A stretch of 64,000 bases of DNA from an uncultured Chloroflexia bacterium (GTDB taxonomy: Bacteria > Chloroflexota > Anaerolineae > CG2-30-64-16): the NCBI GenBank assembly GCA_963810095.1, contig CAWEMM010000012.1:96001-160000 (forward strand), written 5' to 3'. Shown one piece after another: positions 40,965 to 49,556 of this stretch. Numbering within the stretch: the stretch's first letter is position 1; each line of letters opens with the position of its first letter. The translations under genes and the position numbers were made by a program. The notes under the pieces were generated by a model. It did no database searches, was not told the DNA's origin, and saw only the letters and a program-made list of their open reading frames with translations.

Positions 40965-42865
40965 ATGAGGGAAGCGGTCGAAGTGGGAAATAAGACTCGC
41001 AAGCAGTTGCTCGAAGAGCTTGCCGCGGCGCAGAGCCGCCTTAACGAACTCGAGGCGTTCGAGGATACCCCGAATCGCGTCGAGAACCGGGCCCCCGGGG
41101 GAGAGAGCCACTTTGCGCACCTCTTCCGTGACGCCCGGGTGGCCAACCTGCTGTTTGATCCACTCGGCAACCTGGTGTCTGCAAACGCGGGCAACGGTAT
41201 GCTGAGCGCGGGCGAATACCAGCGGGCCGTCCGCGAAAGTCTGTTCGAGAGCGCCGCCTGGACGCCGGAGATACGCAGCCGGCTGGCAAACGGGGAGGTG
41301 CTGCGGTTGCGCATCACCGTCGATCTGGGCGGGGGTCAGAACGGCGATCTGCAGGGTCGAACCGCCCCGAAAGGCGTGGCGCACCTCGAATCCACCGTGT
41401 CTTCGCTGGGCATGCAAGGCTACCTGGTGCAGGTACAAGACATCACGCAGGAGGTCGAGTCGAAGGCTGCGCTGCGCGAGCGCGAGACGTTCTTCCGCTC
41501 GGTCTTCCAGGCCATCCCTTCCCCGACAATCGTGTGGCGCCACGCCGGCAACAACCACTTCGTCCTGCACTTCTACAACACGTCGGCCAACCTTGCGACG
41601 GACGCGCATCTCGGCGAGTACGAAGGCGCGGACTTGGACCGCTTTTACGCACACGAGCCGGAGTTTGCGGCGCGTGTCCGCCGCACGTTCGAGACCGGGC
41701 GAAGCGGTGACCGTCGAGCAGGAGTACGTCTTCCGGACCACCGGCAAGAAACGCTACATCCGCGTTACCAGCGCTAAAGTCGGCCGGGAGTACGTGATCG
41801 ACTCGGTCACGGACCTGACCGAGCTCAAGGAGACCCAGGAGGCTCTCGTCGAGAACGAAGCGCGCTTCCGGCGCTTGCTCGACAACGCACCGGATATCGT
41901 GTATCGCATTGCCCTGCAGCCCGAACCGCACTACGAGTACATCAGTCCGGCCGCCGAGGCCGTGACAGGCTTCACCCCAGATGAGCTGATGTCGGACCTC
42001 ACCCTGGCCGGCGAGCGGGTCTATCCGGAGGACCGCCGGGAACCGCCGCCGAACGTGGAGGCGCTGCCTCCGGTGGGTGCGCCACAGCTGTTTCGCTGGA
42101 TCCGCAAGGACGGGCAGGTCGTCTGGCTCGAGCACCGCTACGTTGTGGTGTATGAGGACGGCGTGCCGGTGGCGCTGGAGGGGATCGGCCGGGAGGTGAG
42201 CGCCGAGGTCGAGGCCCGCCGTGTGCTCGAGCGGTCGCTGACCGAGAAGCAACTCCTGCTCCAGGAAGTCCACCACCGGGTGAAAAACAACTTAAGCATC
42301 CTGAGCAGCCTGATCGAGCTGCAGGCTGCCACACTGACCGAGCCGAAGCTGCGGGAGATCCTGCGCGACACGCAAGGGCGCATCCTGTCGGTGGCGCGTG
42401 TCCACGAGGCGCTGTACAGCTCGGGCGACAGCACGACACACATCGACCTTGCGGAATACGTGAGCCGGCTCGGCGCAGAGCTGCGCGATGCGTACGGCGG
42501 GCAAGGCACGGAGATAGACTACGAGATGGTGCACTACGCGCTGTCGCAGCAGCGGGCCATCCACTTTGGCCTCCTGGTCAACGAGCTGATCTCGAATGCG
42601 CTGAAGCATGCCTTCCCCGCCGAGCGTACCCGCCCGGCCCGCGTCGAGGTCTGCATGCGGGAGGTCGATGACCGGTTGAGCTTGGTCGTGCAGGACAACG
42701 GCGTGGGATTGCCAGACATCCTTCGACCCTCGCGCGACCGGCTCGCTGGGCGTGCAGGTGATCGACATGCTCGTGGACCAGATGGATGGCAAGGTCGAGT
42801 ACGTCTCGCGGCCGGGCGCGGGCACCGAGGTTCGGGTCCTCATTCCAAAGTCGCAGCTGAACTAA
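40965..42865 (+). CDS. PAS sensor kinase, HisKA_2/HWE-like (frameshifts near 41700 and 42725)
   Basis: LLQEVHHRVKNNL, NELISNALKH, DNGVGL, then GSLGVQVI in a shifted frame. Confidence 0.85.
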
Positions 42866-42991
42866 CCGGTGCCAAAAATGCCCTGGGCTCACCTGCGACC
42901 CTTCGCAGGTGAGCCCAGGGCGTTCTCCGTACTTTGCTGCGCACCTGTGCGCTGGCACGGCACAGGTGCGTGACTGGATCTGCCTGTTCAA

Positions 42992-43249
42992 TCAGGCATA
43001 GGCTGCGATTAACCGCCATCGCCGGGTCGCGGGGTCCTGCCGGTACTTGGACCGGACGGCAGCCCACGCCGAGCGGCTCACGGCCTCCTCAATGGCGGCC
43101 GGACCGGCCAAGGCAGCGGGAGAGTCGGCATATCGCTCCCAAGCTGCGTTGAATGCTTCGCGATAGATTTCCTGGGCCCGCAGGGGCAGCCATGTTCTCA
43201 AGGAAATCGGCAGCATCTGCAGGCTCTCATAAGGTCCCAAACCGGGCAT
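42992..43249 (-). CDS. chaB: ChaB family protein
   Basis: PY..LP..LP..AQEIYREAFNAAW...AWAAVRSKY. Confidence 0.8.
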   Translation of the reverse strand: MPGLGPYESLQMLPISLRTWLPLRAQEIYREAFNAAWERYADSPAALAGPAAIEEAVSRSAWAAVRSKYRQDPATRRWRLIAAYA

Positions 43250-43284
43250 CTTTGCCCTCCTCGAATGATCGGCCTTTTGCACCC

Positions 43285-43384
43285 ATCATAGCCTCTCGTG
43301 TGACAAAAGGTCTTTAACCGGCACTAAAACCGACCTTAAGGCGAGCTTAAGGCCGGTCTGATCTGTAAGGTAGACAAGATTAAG
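43285..43384. promoter_or_regulatory. 11-bp-phased TTAAG array between divergent chaB and the OmpR-type regulator
   Basis: tttaac 43313, ctaaaa 43324, cttaag 43335, cttaag 43346, in-phase attaag 43379; TATGAT on the minus strand 22 bp from the array. Confidence 0.72.
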
Positions 43385-43450
43385 CAAACACGGAAGATGC
43401 TATCCTGGAACTATACGCGCACCAGTCAGTTTGGAGCAGAGACGAAAGAC

Positions 43451-44194
43451 ATGAGCACGCATTTGATTGTGGTCGACGATGAAGCCCTTCTACGGCGCAG
43501 CCTGGTCTATAATCTGGAGCAGGCGGGCTATCGAGTCAGTTCGGCGAGCCGGGCAGAGGACGCCCTTGCGCTCGCGCGGCGCGATCCACCCGACCTGGTC
43601 CTCCTCGACATCGGTCTGCCTGGCATGGACGGGCTGCAGGCCCTGCGGGTTTTCCGCCAGGAAGTGGGCTGCCCCGTGATTTTCGTGACCGCCCGGCGTC
43701 GCGAGTTGGACGAGCAGCTGGGGCTGGAGCTGGGGGCCGACGACTATGTGACGAAGCCCTTTGATTTTGGCGTACTGCTTGCCCGTGTCAAGGCCGTGCT
43801 GCGCCGGGGCCAGCTGAGCCGGCCGGCCGGCCAGAGCGCAGACGCCCCGAGCAACCCGACGCTGCGCGTGGGCGACCTGTCGATTAATCCCTCCGCAGTC
43901 GAAGTGATGCTGAAGGATCGCTCGCTCCAGCTGTCACCCCGTGAGTTTGACCTGCTCCACGTGCTGGCACTCAATGCGGGCAAGGTGCTGTCGGTCGAGG
44001 ACATCCTGGCGCAAGTCTGGGGCGCAGAGTACCTGGGTGAACCGCAGGTCGTCTACGTGCACATCCGGTGGCTGCGCGAAAAAATCGAGGATGAGCCCAG
44101 CCGGCCAACCCGCGTTCTCACCGTACGCGGCAAGGGGTATAAGCTCGTCGATCCCCAGGAAGAGGCGATTGTTACCACTCCTGCGAATCCTTAA
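43451..44194 (+). CDS. OmpR/PhoB-family response regulator
   Basis: VVDDE, LLDIGLPGMDG, GADDYVTKPF; winged helix LSPREFDLL..VYVHIRWLREKIE..TVRGKGY. Confidence 0.95.
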   Translation: MSTHLIVVDDEALLRRSLVYNLEQAGYRVSSASRAEDALALARRDPPDLVLLDIGLPGMDGLQALRVFRQEVGCPVIFVTARRRELDEQLGLELGADDYVTKPFDFGVLLARVKAVLRRGQLSRPAGQSADAPSNPTLRVGDLSINPSAVEVMLKDRSLQLSPREFDLLHVLALNAGKVLSVEDILAQVWGAEYLGEPQVVYVHIRWLREKIEDEPSRPTRVLTVRGKGYKLVDPQEEAIVTTPANP

Positions 44195-44256
44195 GCTAGG
44201 CTTAAAGTCACTGACAACTCGCGTTAAGGCCCGGCAGACCCGCCCAGGCGTATGAT
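44190..44256 (+). promoter_or_regulatory. 11-bp-phased TTAAG array plus -10 box
   Basis: cttaag 44190, cttaaa 44201, (tgacaa 44212), gttaag 44223; TATGAT at 44251, 22 bp downstream. Confidence 0.72.
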
Positions 44257-44289
44257 CGTGCTCGCCAGTCTAGTATCGCGAGAACCAGA

Positions 44290-45180
44290 ATGAATCTGAC
44301 GACGCATAGGTATGCCGGAGTGAGCCAGCCACAACAGAAAGAGATCAGCGAGGAGTTGCTGACCCGCCTCATCCACAGGATGGCGCGAAGCACCGGTGCG
44401 TTCCGATCGACCGCACAAGCGCTTCTTAATGGGGCCGACGAGGACCCCGTGCTTCGCCGCGAACTCCTTCACGATATGGAGTTCGAGCTCGGCGAGCTGC
44501 AGCGAATGCTGGAGAACGTGACGCAGTTCAAGGCGCTAGAAAAAGGTACCTTCGTTCTGAGCCGGCGCGAGGTGCTGACTGCAGCGTGGCTGCGGCAGCT
44601 TGTGGGTCGCTGGCAGCGTGCGGTGCCCGACAAAGCCCTCGCCTGGATCGTCGAAATACCCGACAATTTGCCGGTCTTCCGCGTCGACGTCGACAAGCTC
44701 GAGCAGGCCTTGGGCAACCTGCTGGGCAATGCCGTAAAGCACACGCTGCCGGGTGCACCGGTCGCATTCAGGGCATGGTCGAGCGGCGGCAACCTCAGGC
44801 TTCGTATTGCGAGCGGCCGGCCGCGACTGGTGGACGAGGAATATGATCGCCTGTCCGAGTTGTTCTACACCGGTGGAGTGCAGGGCCGCTTCCCCACGGG
44901 CGTCGGCCTAGGTCTGTATGTCACCCGGCAGCTGATCGAAAAGCACGGCGGCCTGCTCGTCGTGACTCGCCCGACGGTCGAAGACGATGCCATCGGATTT
45001 GAGGTAAGCGTCCCGGCTGCGTTCGACGGCAACGGGTACAACGGGCTGGGTAGGCCGGAAGACGGCGCGCAAAGCACCCGCACCCCGAGCAACGGCTCGC
45101 AAAGCGACGACGAACAAAACACGATCATCGAGCGCGATTTCGGCGGCCAGAGCGAACGGCAGCATACCAAAACGTCATAA
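44290..45180 (+). CDS. Sensor-less degenerate histidine kinase-like protein
   Basis: N box EQALGNLLGNAVKH and G2 GVGLGL present; H-box aberrant (LIHRMARST); G1 DxGxG replaced by ASGRP. Confidence 0.75.
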   Translation: MNLTTHRYAGVSQPQQKEISEELLTRLIHRMARSTGAFRSTAQALLNGADEDPVLRRELLHDMEFELGELQRMLENVTQFKALEKGTFVLSRREVLTAAWLRQLVGRWQRAVPDKALAWIVEIPDNLPVFRVDVDKLEQALGNLLGNAVKHTLPGAPVAFRAWSSGGNLRLRIASGRPRLVDEEYDRLSELFYTGGVQGRFPTGVGLGLYVTRQLIEKHGGLLVVTRPTVEDDAIGFEVSVPAAFDGNGYNGLGRPEDGAQSTRTPSNGSQSDDEQNTIIERDFGGQSERQHTKTS

Positions 45181-45228
45181 GCGCAGGGGCCCAGCCGCCG
45201 GCGGCGGCAAGCGGGCTCGTAGCGAAGA

Positions 45229-45288
45229 AATCAGGACCTCCGGCGGCAGGACAGGCGAAAATGCCCTGTGGCCCGGAGGTCCTGTTTG
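45229..45288. terminator. Hairpin between convergent genes
   Basis: aaatcaggacctccgg...ccggaggtcctgttt. Confidence 0.55.
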
Positions 45289-45308
45289 TTGTCGGTCGGC
45301 CTCTGGGC

Positions 45309-45593
45309 CTAAATCCTGCGGTAGCGGGGCCGGGCAACCAGTCCCACGAGCAGCGCGATAATCAACGCGCCGACGATGGACCAGACCACGGGAAATGGTT
45401 CGCCCGCCACGTTAAGCGTCAGCAGTTCCGGCAGGCCCAGTTGGCGTGCCAGCCAACTGCCGAACAGCGCGCCGAGGAACCCCAGCACGAGCGAAGCAAG
45501 AAAGCCTCCTAGCGAATAGCCCGCCAGCGCCTGCCCAATCGCGCCGGCGACCGCCGCAATGATCGCCAGTAAAATGATTTGAATGAGCGTCAT
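45309..45593 (-). CDS. GlsB/YeaQ/YmgE (transglycosylase-associated) membrane protein
   Basis: Three Gly-rich TM segments, LGFLGALFGSWL, WSIVGA. Confidence 0.85.
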   Translation of the reverse strand: MTLIQIILLAIIAAVAGAIGQALAGYSLGGFLASLVLGFLGALFGSWLARQLGLPELLTLNVAGEPFPVVWSIVGALIIALLVGLVARPRYRRI

Positions 45594-45658
45594 GCTGCGC
45601 ACCCCTTTCCACGGACCGGCAGCCTGCTGCGCCTGCCCGTCGGTTCTTCTGACGCTCA

Positions 45659-45725
45659 CTCATATCACCCCACGTCCCCACCGGTCCTTAAGCGGACTTC
45701 AAGCGCCGTTCAAGGCCGCGTTAAG
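45659..45725 (-). promoter_or_regulatory. 11-bp-phased TTAAG array plus -10 box
   Basis: cttaag 45687, ttcaag 45698, ttcaag 45709, gttaag 45720; TGaTATGAG on the minus strand 22 bp downstream. Confidence 0.72.
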
Positions 45726-46374
45726 GCGTTTCCATCAGACCGTGCGCCTGGGCGTAGCGGACGAGCTCGACCCGGCTGCGCACGTTCAGCTTGTTCATCA
45801 GGTTGGCCCGGTGGCTTTCGACGGTGCGGACGCTGATACTCAGCTCGTCTGCCATCTGGTGATTGGTGTACCCCTGCACGATGAGCTTCAGGATCTCCAT
45901 CTCCCGGGGCGACACGCCCTCGACTTCCGGCTTGTGGGGCGCAGCCGAACCCGCGCCGTCTGCAATCAGCGCGCGCACCAGGCTGGGGTGGATATACAAC
46001 TCTCCGTGCGCCACGGTGTCGAGCGCGCTCTTCAGCTCGGCTTCGGCCGCCCGCTTTAGGATGTAGCCGGATGCGCCCGCCCGAATGGCCTCGCGGAGGA
46101 GCCCTTTGTCCTCGTGCATGCTGAGGATCAGCACGCGGGCCTCGGGCACGGCCGCACGCAGGCGCCTCGTCGCTTCGATGCCGTTCCCAACCGATCCCGG
46201 CATGCTGATATCCATGAGCACGACGTCGGGAGTGAGATGGGCCGCGTAGCGCAGCGCGTCGTCCGTGGTCGAGGCCTCACCGACGACCTCCAAATCCGGC
46301 TCCGCGTTTAGCAGGGCGCGCAGCCCTGCCCGCATCACGCCGTGGTCATCGGCGATCAGTATTCGCAACGTCAT
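45721..46374 (-). CDS. NarL/FixJ-family response regulator
   Basis: ILIADDH, LMDISMPG, GYILK; LuxR HTH SVRTVESHRANLMNKL. Confidence 0.93.
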   Translation of the reverse strand: MTLRILIADDHGVMRAGLRALLNAEPDLEVVGEASTTDDALRYAAHLTPDVVLMDISMPGSVGNGIEATRRLRAAVPEARVLILSMHEDKGLLREAIRAGASGYILKRAAEAELKSALDTVAHGELYIHPSLVRALIADGAGSAAPHKPEVEGVSPREMEILKLIVQGYTNHQMADELSISVRTVESHRANLMNKLNVRSRVELVRYAQAHGLMETP

Positions 46375-48760
46375 TGGGCGCCTCCACAAAGATAGTCGTG
46401 CCCCGCCCGGGTTCGCTCTCAATCACCAGCGATCCGCCCAACATCTCGGCCCGTTCTCGGATGCCAACCAGCCCCAACCTGCCGGTGTCGCTGAATCGCT
46501 GCTCCTCAGGCTCGAAGCCCTTACCATCGTCCTCGATCATCAGGATGATCTTGTCGCGGCGCTGCTCGAGCAGCACGTCGATGTGCATTGGCCGAGCGTG
46601 ATTGACCGCATTCGCCACCGCCTCCTGCACGATCCGGTAGAGCGCGTTCTCCGTGTTCGGCGCTAGCCGTTCGTTCAAGCCGACCGCTTCAAACTCGACC
46701 GCGATACCGTGCTTGTCGGTAATGGTTTCGGCGTATTGCTGGACGGCCTGGCTGAGCCCGAGATGCTCGAGGCTGGCCGGCCGCAGGTCCATGGCCAGCG
46801 CGTGGAGCGTCGTGAGCACACCGTTCGCCATGTCCCGCAGCGCCTGGACCTGTGCGACCACGAAGTCGGGGTCGCCGGCGTGGCGCTCGAGCTGACCCAA
46901 CCCGAGCTTGAGCCCCATCAACACCTGGCCGGCCTCGTCGTGCAGCTCACGCGAGATATGGCGGCGCTCGGCCTCCTGGATCTCCACCAGCCGCCGCGAG
47001 AGGTGCTGGAGCCGTCCGCGGGCGGCGGCGACCTCTTCAAACAGCACCGCATTCTGGATCGCCGCGCCGACCTCGCGGCCCAGCGCTTCGTAGAAACTCA
47101 AATCGGGCGGGGGCTCGCCCATCCCGAAGGGATGCAGGAGGACCAGCACGCCATGCAGCCGGCCCTGCGCCAACAGCGGCACGCAGAGCCGCTCTCCGCA
47201 CACGGCCACCTCGTGTGAGGCTAGCACCCCGGCGAGGCACTCGCAGGTGTCCTGCACGGCCGCGGGGAGGCCGTCCAGGCAAATCCCCGTCTTCTCGGGC
47301 GCCTCTTTCGCGGCCTCGCCCCATGACGTCTCAAGTCGCAGCGAGCCCTCCTCGGCCTCGTAGAGATAGACGGCTCCCCCCGCATCTTCCAGCTTGGCGG
47401 CCAGCAGCCCCCGGCATGTGGCAAGCACGTCGGCCAGGGCCAGCGAACGGTTGAGCGCCGAGCCGAGGAGGTTCAACGTAGCCAGTTCCTGATGCCGCCG
47501 TCGCAGCGCTTCCTCCGCGGCCTTGCGCGCAGTAATATCGTCCTTAATTGCAATGAAGTGGGCCAGGTTGTCGTCGGATCCATACACCGGTGTGATCGTC
47601 TGCTCTTCCACGTAGAGCGTCCCGTCCTTCCGGCGGTTGACGATCTCGCCGCGCCACACATTCCCCGCCAGGATGGTCTCCCACAACCCTTGATAGACTT
47701 CGGTCCCGTGCACGCCCGACTTCAAGAAGCGCGGCCGCTGACCGAGCACTTCCGCAGTCGTAAAGCCTGTCATCGTCGTGAATGCCGGATTGGCCCATTC
47801 GATCCGTCCCGCCTGGTCGGTAATGATGATGCCGTTTGCCGCGGCCAGCAGCGCCTGCGTCTGCAGTTCAACCCGCGCCTGCGCGCGCTGCCGCTCCGCG
47901 ATCTCGCTCTGCAGCGAGTCGATCACCGCACGCAGCTCGCTCGTGCGCTCGTCCACCTGCCTGCTGAGCGCGTCGCGCGACGCCTGCAAGAGTCGCTCGG
48001 CGGCCACCGCGTCTGACACGTCCGCGGCCATCCCGTAGAGCTTCACCAGCGTCCCTGCCTCGTCGAACTCGCCCCGGGCCGACTCTTCCAGCACCACCGG
48101 GTCGCCGCGGCCCCGCACGACCCGGTAGCGGATGCGGTAGGTGTCGTTCTCGGGGGTCAGGCCGAGCACCGTCTGCACGAAGCGGGCCCGGTCTTCCGGG
48201 TGAACCCGCTCGAAGTAACTGGCGCCGGATTCCTGGAGGGCTTTCTCGCTGCCTTCGAGGCCGAGGATCGCCGCGCATTCGTGCGAGCGCCGGACCTGGT
48301 CGGTGCCGGGCAGCCACTGGAAGGCAAAGCTGCGGCCCACCAGCATGGCCTGGCGCAGCATGTCGTACTCCTGCGCCAGCAGCCGCTCTGCGCTCACCTC
48401 GCGGTTGACACTGATATACCCCAGGGTTTCGCCGGCCGCGTCGCGCAGCACGAACGTGTCGGCGACGACGTGTAGGGGGTGGCCCTGCCGGTGGTGGTGC
48501 ACGTACTCGGCGCAGATCTCGCCCTCGTGACGGACCTCCGACAGCGCGCGGGCGCGCTGGCTTCTCGTCAGCTCAGAACGCAGCACCGCCGATACAGGCT
48601 TACCGGCCACCTCTTCTGCAGTCCAGCCGTACAGACGCTCGGCCCCCGCGTTCCAGCCGGTGATGCGCAGCGCCGCGTCGGTAACCACAAGCGCGTCGTC
48701 GGAGGCGGCCCGCCGCGCAAATAGCCCTGCAAACGTATCTGTGTCCGCTGGGAGGTTCAT
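46346..48760 (-). CDS. PAS/GAF sensor kinase, HisKA_3 (NarX-like)
   Basis: Three PAS domains, GAF, ERRHISRELHDEAGQ, QEAVANA, DDGKGF, GLVGIRER. Confidence 0.92.
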   Translation of the reverse strand: MNLPADTDTFAGLFARRAASDDALVVTDAALRITGWNAGAERLYGWTAEEVAGKPVSAVLRSELTRSQRARALSEVRHEGEICAEYVHHHRQGHPLHVVADTFVLRDAAGETLGYISVNREVSAERLLAQEYDMLRQAMLVGRSFAFQWLPGTDQVRRSHECAAILGLEGSEKALQESGASYFERVHPEDRARFVQTVLGLTPENDTYRIRYRVVRGRGDPVVLEESARGEFDEAGTLVKLYGMAADVSDAVAAERLLQASRDALSRQVDERTSELRAVIDSLQSEIAERQRAQARVELQTQALLAAANGIIITDQAGRIEWANPAFTTMTGFTTAEVLGQRPRFLKSGVHGTEVYQGLWETILAGNVWRGEIVNRRKDGTLYVEEQTITPVYGSDDNLAHFIAIKDDITARKAAEEALRRRHQELATLNLLGSALNRSLALADVLATCRGLLAAKLEDAGGAVYLYEAEEGSLRLETSWGEAAKEAPEKTGICLDGLPAAVQDTCECLAGVLASHEVAVCGERLCVPLLAQGRLHGVLVLLHPFGMGEPPPDLSFYEALGREVGAAIQNAVLFEEVAAARGRLQHLSRRLVEIQEAERRHISRELHDEAGQVLMGLKLGLGQLERHAGDPDFVVAQVQALRDMANGVLTTLHALAMDLRPASLEHLGLSQAVQQYAETITDKHGIAVEFEAVGLNERLAPNTENALYRIVQEAVANAVNHARPMHIDVLLEQRRDKIILMIEDDGKGFEPEEQRFSDTGRLGLVGIRERAEMLGGSLVIESEPGRGTTIFVEAPNDVANTDRR

Positions 48761-48897
48761 GGTTCTGCTTTCACGAACTGGCGGAAAGGTTAGCGCTACA
48801 AGACCCCGGTCACATGAGTCACGCGTTGCCACGCGGCCCGGACAAACGGAAGACAGGATCGATCACACCGCCAAATAGCGGGAGTCGCGCGGGTCGC

Positions 48898-49287
48898 TCA
48901 GGCAGCCGCCAGGCGCGCCGCCGCGGGCCAGAGAAGTTGCTCGACTTGTGCGAAGAGCCGCGCCGGGGGCTCGCCCTTCAGGGGCGCACTGTCCGTGCCC
49001 GCGCGCAACGCAGCCGCCTGCTGCACGACCGTGTCGACGAGGATCAAGCAGCGAGGCCGTGGCCTCAGGTTCTGGATGGTTACCACAAGTTCCATCGAGT
49101 GGTTGCCGGGAATGGCGCTGTCGATAATCACCAGGCTGGACGGGTGCTCGCGCAGCATGGCGTCTGCCTCGGCCGTGTCGTTTGCCTCCAGAATCATCAC
49201 GTCCGGCATCGAGACAAGCATTGCCCGCAGAGCGTCGCGCAGACAACTCTCCCCCGCTGCGATCAGAACCGTCAAGCACTGCGCCAT
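48898..49287 (-). CDS. Atypical single-domain receiver protein
   Basis: Receiver fold pattern (VLIA.., LVIID, LKG) lacking the N-terminal acidic pair. Confidence 0.7.
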   Translation of the reverse strand: MAQCLTVLIAAGESCLRDALRAMLVSMPDVMILEANDTAEADAMLREHPSSLVIIDSAIPGNHSMELVVTIQNLRPRPRCLILVDTVVQQAAALRAGTDSAPLKGEPPARLFAQVEQLLWPAAARLAAA

Positions 49288-49556
49288 CTCTGTCTCCACC
49301 CAACACAATAATCTCGGCTGCCTGCTCCCGTACCCCCCGGCTAACCATCTCGAAGCATGTTAACACAACAACGACGCCCCGTCATCGGCCCGGCGACTGT
49401 ACATCAACAAGACTTGCGTCCCGCTTCCTTAACGGATTTGTAGTCCTTATGACGTATTGACGAATGAGCCGGCATAAGATACCAATATGCGTATGTTTCC
49501 TATCATAGGCGTTTTGTCTCCCCTTCATTATATGCACGATATGCACGAGGATTCAG

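Noticed and set aside
566-42865. Calling the split genes pseudogenes or programmed frameshifts
   Set aside because: Motifs are intact and I saw no consistent slippery sequences; sequencing error is more parsimonious.
49430-49550. AT-rich divergent promoter with imperfect palindromes (gtagtc-cttat-gacgta, cctat-c-atagg) as a NarL-family operator or another TTAAG array
   Set aside because: Single imperfect instances; the TTAA hexamers here are not in 11-bp phase.
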